From assembly GCA_903813345.2 (NCBI GenBank), contig CAIIXF020000001.1, positions 44,578,001-44,642,000 of the forward strand: 64,000 nt of DNA, in the 5' to 3' direction. The position numbers and the translations under genes were made by a program. The stretch's first letter is position 1, and each line of letters starts with the position of its first letter. This DNA comes from Owenia fusiformis (lineage: Eukaryota). Shown here piece after piece: positions 12,863 to 27,300 of the stretch. The notes under the pieces are model-generated. The model made no database searches, was not told where the DNA came from, and saw only the letters and a list, made by a program, of their open reading frames with translations.

Positions 12863-14437
12863 CTTTTACTATTCTCATATGAGTATAAAGTTTTACAAAG
12901 GATGATGAAATATGAAGCAAAGTTTCATTTTGCAATGTTTATTTTATAAGATAGATATATTGATCATATGTTAAGTTTAGACAGCCTGAAGTTTAAAGAC
13001 TTTGTAGGTGAGATATATCCTGCAGGGCTAGAATTGAAAAAACGACTAATGAATCTAATATGAGTACACCTTACCTTGATCTTCTTACTAACATTAAACT
13101 AGACAATAGTATATATTGTAAGTTACATGACAAAAAAGAGCTTTAATTTTGACATTGACACATTTGGATGGTAATATACCACTGAACCTCCTAGCATATG
13201 GGGTTTACTATCATAGCTTATTAGATATAGCAGGGCATGTTCAAAATATACAGATTTTAAATCAATATTTTATTGATCAAACTGTTAGGTCAAGACATGC
13301 TTTCTTGGCTTTGCTGAAAATATAGGTTCACGTTTAACCCCTGAAGATGCTGTATGATGTTGGAATTGTTCAGGAAATTTGAATTGAACTCACGCTATTT
13401 TCACTTGGCACCCTTAATCTGGACCCTGACTATTGCATTAAAGTTGAGAAATAGGGATCCAAACCAGTCATAGTTTTCTCCTGATGACCATTGTGTATTA
13501 TTATGTTTCATGAATTATGGCCATGACTTTGCAAATGGATGTTGACCCTTTGAATTGCCTATAGATTTTGTGACTGGATTTCATCTATCCCACATCATTC
13601 TTTGAGTACAAGCATCTACAAGTTTTTTTGATGTTATGAGTATTGGCTATCAATTTTTTCTTCAACAAAAATTGTACTGACTTCAGTATGAATGAAATGC
13701 CCCTTGGTGTTCAGGTCCTGGGAGTGAAATTGGCTCTTAATTGGAAGGGGAATGGGTGTTAGACATTATTTATTTTTACGTTTTTTATTTGTTCCTTCAT
13801 CCATGCATTTATTTAAAGATACTGTGAAAATAACCACATGTTTGATTAGTCTGATAAACTAAGTATGATTCTTGTATTGTTTTATAAGATTAAGTCAAAA
13901 TGATTAGATATCTTAAATAGCATATGATCAACAATAAAATTGGCAGCTTACAGGAGTTGCAGACTGAAGGAGTCTGAAATTGCATTTTAAATATAACGTG
14001 AGTATATACTTGATAAATATTTCAAAATTCCAATCAAGGCCAGGGGTTTTATTGGAATTTCAGAAAATAGATAAAATACATAAGTAGCAGGCAAAATTAT
14101 AGGAAATAACAACTTTAATATGGACACAGAGAATTCCTCAAAAGAAAAAAAGGGTCAACATTTGAGAACCACAATACAAACAAACTTCTGTATAACTTCT
14201 GTATAACTGAATATATAAGGGTTATGTACTGGGAGGTTTTGGATATGGGGTTTATCCAGAGGGAGATATGCATATTGAAAAATAAAGAAATAAGAGAGAT
14301 ATTATGAGAACTTTATGATCAACCCTCGTAGCAAGCATATTGTCACCTATTCTCAAACATAATTTATTACTATTTATGGCAACCATTGATATTTTTGAAC
14401 TTGTCCCTAAAATGTATAACATTTTCAGTGTGCTAAA

Positions 14438-17400
14438 ATGGGGCTGTTGACATACCTATATCTATTGCATGTACACATATCATTGGCACAATGTTTTGGC
14501 TTTAAAGATCTTGGTGAGTATATTTACTTTTGTGTACAAAATATAAATACTTTAAAAAATAGTTTTACTTCATGGTCATGCTGTATGGGACTAATTTAGA
14601 TGTAATATCAAGTGCCATTTGATCATTCCTGTTTCTCTTGTATTCACAATTCTTTTCTATCAGGTTTTTTGGTAATACAAATATGAAGTTGTAACTTCTA
14701 TCAATTTTGGAATCTGAATGATGGAAAAGTTTCTCACAAGCCAATTTTTCCAATGATGGAGTCACATGTACATAACTGTTGAGTAACTTGCCTAGTTGGC
14801 TTTTAACAGATTTGGAAATGTTTTTCGCCTCATTGCTTTTTTCTTCCTGCGTACGCCACTGTTAAAGATTAACACCGTTCAATACAATGTATACTTGTTT
14901 GAATAAAATTGCTTCCAAATTACAAGATGAGAAACACATTTGATCAAATAAGCTTTACTGATGAGTGTTAACAGTTTTACAGATGAGACAACTAATAGTC
15001 TTCTTGGCTTATCAATGTAAAGGGATTATTTCATATTTCCTCATCATATCAATACAAATTAGTCAAATGCAATTAAGCCATGAATTCTTTATTTTATTCT
15101 TAATCCATATCTATTAGGCTGGCTGTGGTAGCATACCAATGTGTCATCAGTCTTTATATTAATGTCATTTCATATATGAGGGGATCCCAGTTTCATTTCA
15201 CAAATAAAATGTAGAGTAAAATGGGTAATATACATCTGGAATGTTCATCTGCTTTACAATAGGCCTATTAACACTAAAACACTAATGGGATTCCTATAAA
15301 ACTAATAAATTTAAAATGCTTTTTTATTTTCTCACTGCACCAAATAATGTCTTAAAGAAAATTTACTGGATATGCTCAATATTTTCATCATGGGATTTTC
15401 AAGTGAAAAAAGGGTTCTAGGATTGTCACTACTAATTGTACTTCTGTTTTAGTAATATCAAGATCTAAGTTGAAAATCTATACAAAAGATGAAAGATCTC
15501 CACAAATCAAAACAGCAGGTAAGAATTATTTTTCAATATTTAGCACTTCTCAATATCTATGTTCAGTGATCTGCCCAGCATTGAAGTGAATAGGTGTAGA
15601 ACCCATCTGATATATAGGTCATGGTGAATGGAGTTGATTTGTGTTTGTGCGTTTCCTCCATTTTTCTGTTTTCCTCTGCAGATGTTTTGAGGGGTAATAA
15701 AGACATCAGCAGGCAATAGTCCAAATGTAATATGGCACATGACTATGCATTGACCAATCAGGATTTATGTTACATATTGGGTTTATAATAAATACATATT
15801 TGAAGTTGGAAGCTGGTTGAGGTGCCATGATATTAAACAGGATATGACGAAACAGGAAATGACAAAAAATTTGCATTTTTAGACAGTTTTTGAACAAAGA
15901 TAACAGAGTTCTGTTTTGACCTCCAGTCAAATTCAACTAGTTCCACATACCATTTACAGGTCCAGCATCACAATGTTCATGGTCAGAATGACCCTAAACA
16001 TGATGAAATAACCTTTTCAGCCCTCCGAAAATGTGACTGAAAAATAGCTAAAAGTAGGAGGTAAGAAAGGTCACTGAACAGAATCTTTTTAATTTTTCAG
16101 AAAATGTGCCCAATATATTGCTCTAAATGATACAATCTTTGAAAATTTGATTTCATTCATAGAAAAAGAAAAAAAATGAAAAAATTATTTGAAAAGTGAT
16201 TTTTTTTCAAAATAATTGGGTGATGATAATAGGGTAATTGAATTACATGTATTCACTTACTGATATTGAGAGTCTTTTCTGTGCATAATGCTGTTACATA
16301 TGTGACTCCATTATCTTTAGTACTATAAGTACCTTCATAATAACCTTAAACTAATGATGAAGGCCAATTCTGACCAATTAAACCCTCATAGTGCATCATG
16401 GGAGTTTCCAATCCAGTAATATTTTCCCACAAATAAACATTCAATCCTTTATAAGGTGCAGTAGAATAACATATTTTCTCCAACTATGCAGACCAGTTAA
16501 TAGCAGAAGATTTTGATTCAGATATCGCCATAATTTCCAAAATGGCAGCCTCCTCAGGAAGGAACTAGGGTGAATAATATCATTGATTTTGACACATATA
16601 TGTCATTGGACCAATGGAAACATAATCAGCTAATCGATAAATACATGAAGAAAACGTCGACCTTTGACATTATGTTATCTTATCGGAGTGAGTCCAGTTT
16701 TAAAGAAGCAAATCATGAAATACCGTGTTATTGCCTGTACATGTACCGTTCCAAAATCCTCAGGGATTTTGTAATTTGAGACATCTCCTCCAGGAGATTG
16801 AGGGAAATGCACTCTTCATTTATTATATTGAATACTGTAATAAATAATGACCATTCATCAATATTCTGCATTATTATGAACTTTTAATAATTGTACACTG
16901 ATGCAGGTTGTAGAGGGGGAACATACAAATTAAATAGTGATGATAATTCGTTTGATAACTGCAATTATTATGTGTGTGCAAGAGGGGAATGGCTTCTTAG
17001 AAGATGTCCCGATGGCAGAGGAATTTTACCAGAAATGTACAATCTGAAAGAGGATGCTCTAGATGAAATTACCGATGTGTTCCCATGTGTGAAAACCTCA
17101 AGATTCTGTACATCAACATTACTAGACAGAGGCGTTTGTAAGGAAAATACTTTTTTTCATCAATTTCTGTGAAGATATCTAAAGCAGTCATACTGAGTTT
17201 AATTAACAGTCTAAAGGGGTCTTTGAATCAGAATATTTCCCGCTTAAAAGTTTCACAATTTCATTTTAGCCAAAACAGTAACGAACATCTGTGGAGTGGA
17301 TTTGGTTATGGTAATAGATGTTTCCTGTAGCATTGATGAATTAGACAAGTACACAATGATGAGATTTATACAAAAGGTTGTCTCTGTATTTCGCATTGGA

Positions 17401-20136
17401 CCTGCTTTTACCCAAATTGCTGGAAGCGTATATGGAAGCAAAGTCATTCCATTTCTCTACCTGAATACGTATAGGAGCCAAAGACAGGTTAGTAATTTCA
17501 AGGGAAGATATAATAATTTCATTTTTCAAAATCAAAATTTGAAGGGATGGCATCAATTTACAATTAAAACATATCATGTGACCTAGACTATCTCAAAGCA
17601 GTAGATACGATTCTCCCCTTTTGGAAATTTCAAAATCCCATGTTTGCTCAATACTTTCACTACTGAATCTGTGAAAAATCTTGAATTCCTCCTCAGTACT
17701 CTTATAAATTTTGAGTGAAATGGGGTTATTGGTAAAAAAAGGTTGATCCCACTGAGAAACTTTGGTGATCTAAAACTTACTGAAGTGAAAAGATATACAT
17801 GATTTTAAAAATCTGTGTTGGCAAATAAGTACATAAAATAAAAATAAGTAATTTTGTATACGGGGTAGGGAATAAAGAGCAATATTCATTTAAAACAAAT
17901 GCATCTTAAGTACAATAGGAGCTGGTATCATAAATATATCTTTTATTGACTGAATAACCATGTCATGTAAATGACATATCAGTCACTACAATATACAAAA
18001 AACTACAACTACATATTACTTAACTACATTACATCAGTTTCACATGTCAGTGTATGATAACTAAATATCAGTGTGGTGTATCTATAATATACAATTTTTT
18101 TTAATGTTTACATAATATCAATCATTTTCTTAATTCTTGAAAGAGTGAAATACAAATTTTGCTAAATGTAATAAGTTAACATGAGAGCTTTAACTAGACA
18201 TAATAGTTTCAAACAGTTTATCTGTGCTGTTTCAGATCAGATTTTAAAGTTTCAAACAAAAGTTCTCGGTGTTTTAAGTTCTTTGTGCAGCTTGTGATAA
18301 AGTGAAGCTCATCCTCAATTACCCCACATTCACTACACAACCTTTCACATATACTGTTTGGTTTGGTTTTGAGTACCGCCTAACTTCTATCTGTAATTTA
18401 TGTTAACTCATCCTGAGCCTAGTTAATGCATGTCTATACTTTTTATTTTGAATGTTTAAATATGGTTCTTTGGTGAAAGTGTTTTTGGATTTTATGTAGG
18501 TCCTAAGTACAGGAAATGTAAGAATATCCTGTTTCCATTGAAGTGCATAATTACTTTTTAATTTCTGTGAGATAATTCGAATGAATATATAATCCTAAAA
18601 GTAACTATCATAAAAGCAAAAGTGAATTAGATATCTGATGCTGTTAAAATTTCAACTAGACTGAACTTATGACAAATATTTATCTCAAGATGTATTAATG
18701 AAATGGCTACCATATAATAGGTACGAGCTGCAATAAAAATGATGCCACTTGATGCTAAACCATGTGCTACCCATACATTTGATGGTCTCCGAGAGGCAAG
18801 GGAGGTTCATTTGACTGAAGAAAAGGGCAGACGTGATAAGCCAGATGATTTTCGAGAAGTAAGTTTAGACCTTATTACATTTGTAAAAAAACAAAAATTT
18901 GTAAATCAAGATCATTTTACTACTCAAAGATAATGCTAAGTACAGAAACCCAGGACATTTATGGTAAAAAGCCATACATCCTAAAATATACTGATCAAAA
19001 TTCATTAACATAAACAATAGAGTAGAGTTTGAACTAATTTCTATCAATCTTTATGATGCCTCAAAGTTATATAATCCCTCGATTATCAACCACACTTAAT
19101 GCTTCAACAAAGACTCTCAGAATTTGATGACCTTGATCTTCGACCTTGAAAATTTCACTTTTCAGACCCCAGACCTAAAAAATCCATTCACTTTTTTTGA
19201 CCTTCCAAAGGTCATTTAAGGTCAACCAAAGGTCAAATTTTAAAACTTTTAGTGACGTTTTAAAATAAAGAATCTTGATCAATTTGAAGCGAGTTGAAAA
19301 CTTCAAAATGGCCAATTTATCCGAAGAATTCAAAATGGCCATCAAGTAATTTACCCAGCGTGGCTCATCTTAAGCAGATCTTGACACCTAATTACAAAAT
19401 ACAAATTACACAGCTGTAGAAATTTGAGGTTGAACAGGTTAGCCGTTTTCCTGGAATTTTGACGACAAGAATTGATTCATCTGGAGCCCATCCATACATC
19501 TTCATGCCCAACACCCAGTTGCCTGCATGATTATGCACGCGCAAGATGATGACAATATAGCACTTTTTCAAGGTGCAATAAAAACCTAATGCTCTTGTTC
19601 AGTCAATAGCATATTTCCCTCAGTCAATATCCCATTACCCTCGAATAAAATGAATATTGAAAATGAACCATGAAATTATATTTCTACTAATAATAACTTC
19701 CAAACTGAAAAAATGTATATCAGATTGGTGGTTACGATTAATGCTCTGGTGTTTATAAGAAGAGTGGTCATACAAAGAAAGAAAATGTAAGTGAATCATA
19801 TATTATTGTATTATATGGACAGCAACTAGTCTCAGTTCATTTCAGTGTGTTGTTATGTTGATGACAGATGGGTTCACCAATCCCCAAGAGAAGAAAAGTG
19901 AGACTATTCGAGAAGCGAAAAAGATACGAGAAATGTGCAGTTTAATTTTAGTAACACTGCCAAACACGTCTGAAGTTAAAAGAATGTCAATTGCAGATAA
20001 AACAAAATGGCGTAATGAAGAGTTTTCTGCGATACAACCTGACTCAGATATGAGGCTTGATCTGGAGTCATTTGAAGACCTGGAAGGATCAATCAACGAT
20101 ATTGCAAGAAAGACGTGTCGAAATGTTAACAAATGA
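14438..20136 (+). CDS. Secreted CBM14-like + VWA domain protein, paralogue B (339 aa, 6 coding exons)
   Basis: Exons 14438-14513, 15453-15518, 16907-17137, 17270-17487, 18721-18858, 19846-20136; same phases as A; 1020 nt open. Signal peptide MGLLTYLYLLHVHISLAQC; CNYYVCARGEWLLRRCPDG; DVSCS...PCATHT...MTDG. Confidence 0.88.
17940..18560 (-). mobile_element. 5'-truncated non-LTR retrotransposon (LINE) 3' end, in intron 4 of paralogue B
   Basis: Minus-strand peptides LRTYIKSKNTFTKEPYL, YRHALTRLRMS*HKLQIEVRRY and ERLCSECGVIEDELHFITSC (C-terminal CCHC region of LINE ORF2); AATAAA-type tail near 17941. Confidence 0.72.
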
Positions 20137-23100
20137 ATAATATTATCATTTTCAATGTAACACATGTATAATACATTAAGTACAGTATAAAATAATATTA
20201 AATCCAAGCTTTAGTTAAATGTGAAGTTTAGAAAATTGGTTGAAAAATAAGCAAGAAATCAACTAGTAAGTTATTACTCATAAAAATGGCTCCCAAATAT
20301 TATTAGACAGTGTACCATGCTTAAAGACTGAGAGCGGGTATAAAAGGCAGATGGAACAGCCCACAAAAGCCAAATATGGCAGTTTAAAGGTCCAGTTCAA
20401 ACAAAATGAGAAAATTTTCAAACTTATAACAAGATTGTTATGATGAGTTACAAGCTCTTTTTTGTTACAGTGGTTCATGAATCTATAATGACTATAAATT
20501 TCAAATCAAATTCTGAAAATGTTGTTTAGTTTTTGTGAAATAAGACAATTTCTTTTTGTAAATATGCTCATTAGCATAACTGACAGTTTAAATTTCAGCC
20601 AATGGGCATCTCTTATCCGTCTAGAAGTAAAAAAACATAGCATAAGGCTGTATCTCACTTGTAGCAGACCATGTGTTTCTGTTTATGCTGGACATTTAAA
20701 CTGACCACATTAGCACTGATTGGCTGAGCTGTGACAGCTTGATTAATAGCTTCACCCGGATCCAAATCTCTGGGCCTTTAATGCTTATATCTTCCTGCTG
20801 AATGTTATCAAAATCCATCTTGTTTTGTCAGTACATTGGCAGATGAGTGAGCCAACTGACTTATCATTGGGACCTTATGACATGAACTGTATATTAAAAT
20901 TTATTGCATGTATTTGATGAATCTTGCAGATAATCATTGTGGGATCCACAACAGCCTGTACTATCTCTTGGATTACAAATTAGATAGAGATGCTGATAAA
21001 TCAGAATACTAGACACTTCTTGTATTCTTTTATGCTACAAATTCAATTACCAGATGCAAAAATACCTGACAATTAATTGCTTAATTATCATGTGCCATCA
21101 CATATCACTTAACCTTTCAATTCTTATGCAATAAACATTTTTTTAGTCAGCATAAATATTTATATGGCATCACTAGGTTATTGACTTTCACCATGTCCTG
21201 GTTGGGAGAGGTGACATAGAATATGAAATACAAAAGATAATAACTAAATATACGTGAAATATGATGGGAAAAATGGAAAACCCAGGAAAATAGGCCTAAG
21301 AGTATGAGGATTAAAATAAGGAATACTAAATGGGGAAATGCGATTCCTATAAACAATGCTGCATCCCCCATCCCTATATTTTCAATTTTTCAGATTTCCA
21401 GATGTTTCTTTCCAAAAATATGTACAAGTGCTGAAGGGACAGAATAAAACTTTCCACAAAAAGAAATGAAACAAACAGTCAAAAGAAAAGCTCTAAATAT
21501 CCCAGACTATAATCTAACATGTAAAAGAAACAATGTCTAATATTCCCTCATCTCATCATTCAGAAACCATCATTATAATCTAAGACCATTTGATATTTCA
21601 TTCATACTGAAGACCATTACAAAACATGTTGAAGAATAAATTGTAAATGATAACAAGGTATTAACATGACAAAATGTTACCACCTCATTGAAGCAAGATA
21701 AAAAAGACCAGCTCAGACTGATTGTTCTGGTGGATGGAGCACATGTTCAGGAAAACCTTGCGTTGGATAATTAAATGTTGAGCTTGTATATTCATATTTA
21801 CACAAGCTGTTATCAATGATTTGTGTTTCAACTTCCTAAAGAATTGAAGATGATACATGACTAACAAAAAAGTTAAAATGGATGGAAAAAATGTTCCAAT
21901 TTTTTTTTGGGCCTACCTTGTACTCCAGAATGATTCCTGTTCTTGACCCCTGTATACAGGTCCTGGGTTCAGCCAAAAAACACTGAATACAGGGTCTCCC
22001 AAAAAATGTACCAAAACAAATACAGAAAAGTCTTTAGCGTTGGAGGAATATTCTTGAAATATCATTTGACAGATGATTAAAATATCATAAACATCTGACA
22101 ATTTCACAAGGTAACTCTATTTACATGTAGTTTTAAAGATCTTGTTTTAGCAGCGAGACAAGATGTAATAACTCTGTGAGTGATGAAGGAATATTCTTGG
22201 AATTCAGTCCTCTGAGTCAATTCAATTATCACAAATGTACGAAAGTTTCAACGGGTAACTCTGTTTAATTTTAGAAATAAAGCTTGTTTCAGCACTATAA
22301 CTCATTTCAATGTCACCACCACAACTCACCATTATACAAATTTCCCTCAAATATGAAGAAAATAGTATTCGAGTTATTTTCCCAATAGAGAGACTCACGG
22401 ACTGACTGATGGATGAACAGAGGGCTTCATCAGTATATCCATGTCAAACTTAATTCATTTGAATAATAAAAATGAAGACAAATACTCTGGACACAACAAA
22501 TATAGTGGTGATACAAGTATTCATACAAGATAGATCATTCAGTCTAAAAATGATGTGGGACAGACAGAATCCAGTCTCGAAGTCTATTTTAAAATTCTTT
22601 GTCTTTATACAGTCAAAGATATGAATCAAATAATTGTTTAAAACCTTTATTTGTAGTAATTCTAATGCATAGTCATTATGCGATATCTATTGATGAAGAA
22701 TTAATTAAATATGGAAATTATGTAATAACTGATATCCTGTTTCGTAGCTTAAGTTTCATAGCTTTCTGCATATCTTGTTCAATTAATTTTTATCTTGAGT
22801 TATCTTCAAATGCCACCTTCACATTTTTATTTATTTTTTATTTATGTTTCAATTAACACTTTGCTGTCAATGGCACAACTCAGAATGTGCTCCAAAATGT
22901 TCATTATAAAATGTGCTCCAAAATGTTCATTATAAAATGCATGTGAATCATCGAAATAACATTACTTTCATTGGAATACATAATTTATTCAGACTAAAAC
23001 GCTACTTTAAATATGAAATTGAAATCAGAACATATTGATAGACGAATATGAAGGATGCCCTCACATATTTAAACCCTTTAATTTACTTTCCATCATTTAT

Positions 23101-24352
23101 GGTAAGACACTACCATAGCAGTTAACACCCTGAAGGTTTGAGGAATTTAAGACAACTTCTCACAAAATCAAAAGGCTTCTTAAACTGATTCCCTAGGATC
23201 ATATTTGTCTTAGGATTTCTTTAAGTGAAACAAATGTTCGTTCATGTACAGCTGAGAAGACATTTTAGACAATTCATTAGAGATTTAAAAAGTCAGTCAG
23301 TATCATTTGCATTTGAATTCATCATCTCAGATTGATCATCAAAAACATGTTTCAAATTGAAAAGTACATTTTTCCAAGCACTGAAAAGCATTTCTAAAAT
23401 ATTGGCCTAATTGTAATAATTGTGTATTTTTGAAAATCTTCTCTCATGCAGAATTGTTACTTCAAAAGGCATATGAGTATATAATATTAACTATTTCTAG
23501 TTGACTGTACGGTATATAAATTATTACCCGGACAGACTTATGGTATAAGGACAGACACAGGCTTTCTCTATATCCTCCTGGATTTCACTTGATGGTTAAT
23601 AATCAATAATATAAGCTTTAAAAGGAGAGCACAAAATAATATAATTCAATAATTACTATTGGTGATAGAAGGTAAGAATCCTTATTAATCATTTTATGCC
23701 AATTATTAAAGTTCTAACACCATTATATATAGCATATAGGTGTAGAAAAAATATACAAGATAGTCAAAAAAGGAAAAAGCACGGAGAAAAGAAATGTATG
23801 TTTAGGGTTTATTTATATTTTTCTCTTCTGTTGTTCAAGACTTTTTTTTATAAAATCAGTGAAAACAAAACTAATTTCGTAGAAGTCATTTAACCACCTA
23901 TGCGATAATGAAATATATACTAAGTAAGAGCATCTTATGAAGAATGACATTCATTGTTAAAACTGGACATGTTACTCCCAGCTGCATAATAAACATGGGG
24001 GAGGGTGCAATTTGTAAAATAGTGCAACATATGACAAAATTTTTGTTTTTTCATTGTTAATTCAAATCTTATCAATGGCAAACAGTGATTGGGAAATAAT
24101 AGAAATACATTATCCGTGTGAGAACTGACATGGAAATTTACCTTATTAGATCAGATTAGTGACTACATAGTCATCGTGTACATATAATTTGTGACATTAT
24201 TTGATTATTTTGCAATTAAAATCTCTCTAGTGGTACATAATAATATAGTAAATCTGTACTGAGAGTTTGTAGTAATTACTTAAAGGGAGACATTTTTATT
24301 GACTGACGCCATCATCATGTATTTTTGTTTTTCTTTACTTCAGAGCAGTATA

Positions 24353-27300
24353 ATGGATATTTTATCATACCTATTGTTACTCCATGTATATGTGGTAACT
24401 GTGCAGGGTGCTGGTTTGAAGAATATATGTAAGTGATAATAGTTAGGTGGCATAAAATACTTCCTGAAAGTGATAAAGTAGATGTTTGTTAAATCATGAC
24501 TTTTGATCTAACATCAAACTATTCTAAAGGCGTTAGTCTTTAACAGCTTGCACATAGAAAATTCAAAATGCCTCCCCAAAATATCAAATGACAAAAATGT
24601 AAAGTTTTGTAAATAAATGAATTTCTAAGAATTTTTCACTAAACAATACTGTTTAACCAACTCTTGTCAAAGCTGTCTCTTAAAATCATCTTAGTAAATA
24701 CTTTCTGAAAAGCTGCAGCATTTATTGATTGGTATACTCATGAGGTCCCAATCAATCATTGGTTAGTTTCATGCATTTCAAAAGAAGGTGGGCTGCACCA
24801 GTGATCTTAGCAACTGTTAAAACTACGCTCTGTAAACATTTGGTGAGTTCAGCAGAGAAACAAATTTAATTAACTATGTATGCATGTTCAATTTTTAGAC
24901 TAACCTGTATAAGATAAAATGAAATACATTGTGTTTTTATATTTTAGTTGAGTCAAGAGGCAACAAAAAGATCGCAGGAGATACATTAAGTGATCCAGCA
25001 GACCCATTCAAAGGTAAAAACTGCATTTCAAATAAAGAATATTAATGAATACCTGCTGTAAGATTGAATAAGCAAGATGCCTTTTATTTGTTATTTTAAA
25101 TTATATAAGCCAAGTGTCCACACACATTTTTATAGTCTTCATTAAAACTCTAATTTTGGCTAAACTTCTATTATATCTTCCCAATATATAATCATAATAC
25201 CTACAAGATAACTTTTTAAGCATTGAGATAAAACTTTCTTTTCTAAAATTAAATGCCTTGAAAATGCATAAAGAATTCTACAATTCATGCAATGTAAGTA
25301 CAGCTTACTTAAGTTTTGGATCAGTGTTTATGGATGGTACATATAAGGTGCAGATTATCAATGTCTTGATGGTTCTCGAGATAGAGATTAACTGTCTATT
25401 GACCCTACAAATAACAGATTATAAGTCTACTGTTCCCCAAATTATCAAAATCTATTGATCCTACAAGTTAAAGATTATCAAAATCTATTCATCCTTCAAG
25501 TTACAGATATTCAAAGTCTACTGATCCCACAAGTTACAGATTATCAAAATATATTGGTCCTACAAGTTACAGATATTCAAAGTCTTCTGATCCCACAAGT
25601 TACAGATTATCAAAGTCTAATGATCATACAAGTTACAGATTATAAGTCTACTTATCCCAAAAGTTACAGATTATCAAAATCTATTGATCCCACAAGTTAC
25701 AGATTATCAGTCTACTGATCCCACAAGTTACAGATTATCAAAATCTACTGATCCTACACGTTGCCGAATATCAGTTTGTTGATGTTACATATTGATGATA
25801 CATGTGACAGGTTTACTGTCTTTTAATGGTAGAATTAACAAAGTCTACATATAAATCACAGATTATGCATGTTGATGGTATAAGTTACAGGTTATCAAAA
25901 TTATGAAAATTGTTTATTCTGATATTAGACCGGAATTTAAATAATTAATAACCGAAACAAGACAATTAAGTTTTCGATGCCTATCAAATCTATTCATTAA
26001 TTCTGAACACATTGTACAATAAAAATATATAAAAGATTAAAAAAAATACAAGATTAACTTACATTGTATAAGTTTGTTCTGTTCGTTCTGTCTTTAACCT
26101 CTTGAGTACCTGGAGTGACGAGATTTCTCGTCATCTCAGAAATGACCTTGAAACTAAGAGTGACGAGAAAATCAGTCACAAATATTTTCACTAAAATTGC
26201 TCTTATTTTTACAATTTTCATCCAATTTACACAAAACCTGTTTTAAAATATGTAGAAATGCTCTCTGCCATCTAATTTTACTAAGTTGAGCATCTCAAGG
26301 TGTATAAGTACAGGGTGTCTGGAAAGTAAAGATACAAATACTCTAATTTTAAGAGATTTAGTTTTTTTGTAATGAAATCGCTACAGATTGTAGAGGTACT
26401 ACATAACAATACATCTACCAACTTTTATATCATATAATCTAAATGTGTTAAAGTTACGGTTGTCATGGTTACCTTGGTGAGGGGTATGCGGAGCAGTTCC
26501 ACGATATTGCTGAATTGTGATAAATTGTTAAAATTTAACCATTTGAAATAGTGTTTATTATTGTATTTCTTATCAGTTTTTTTGTTTTGTTCAATATTGT
26601 ATTCTTGCTGCCATGGTATTCTCTTTAGTATAACGATATCATTGAGACAAATCAGAACTATGTAATGTCATAAGCATAATCAAAGAAAAAGAGTATATAT
26701 TAAGTGCTAAGAAAAAGGGTCCCTGGATTAATAGGAAAGTCAACAGTACACCTCCACAGTCAATGCTCCAATGCATAAAGCAAAGAAAACAAATCTTACA
26801 ATTGAATGTCTTGACATTAACCTTTTTGTACAATGGCTCATATTTCCCTGATAATGTCCAATTGGACTTCTACAATAATGAATATGTTAAAGCAATATTT
26901 CCGAGAAGTTCAACATAAAAATGAGACTCGGCTGGAAGCCAATGTTATTAGCAATCTTAGAGACTGACAGCAAAGGTTTTGTCAGGTCTTTGAATCTTTG
27001 GTCAAAATGCACCAACAATGTTTAGATAAAGGTGGAAAATACATAATACTGGATAACAGTAGTAATGTCAAATGATGAAATAATGTTACAGTACTAATCC
27101 TTTTGCTTTTGTGGTACATAGTTTGATGCATAATAGCAACAGACGACGGAGTGCCAAGATGATATGAACAGGAGAAAAGAATTATAAAACATAATTGTGA
27201 CGCTGCTCCACATACCCGTGACTCCTGTTACCATAACAACCATAACTTTTTTATTTTGAAACAATTTGTCATGGCAGTTGCAGGATAAATTGTTACAATG

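Larger units (their letters stand above)
12420..13300 (+). mobile_element. Decayed Penelope-like retroelement reverse transcriptase fragment, interrupted by the tRNA-bearing insert
   Basis: Frameshifted peptides LCEVLDFHIDNIFGKFG, QRVGISIGTDCAP..ADL/LLFSYE, RYIDHMLSL...EIYPAGLELKK, PYLDL, AYGVY, LIRYSRACSKYTDF follow the order of Penelope-like RT motifs. Confidence 0.8.

Noticed and set aside
15540..16030. Minus-strand peptides (DLYIRWV; HHV*GHSDHEHC) suggesting a glycosidase exon or a transposase relic
   Set aside because: Matches are too short, with no consistent splice sites or frame; probably degraded transposon sequence.
20500..22110. Possible additional gene between paralogues B and C
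   Set aside because: Short ORFs without domain motifs or a consistent exon chain; interspersed with repeat stubs.
25455..25718. Repetitive ORF (QVTDYQ...)
   Set aside because: Translation of a 33-bp minisatellite; adjacent units break frame and the flanking exons splice in frame without it.
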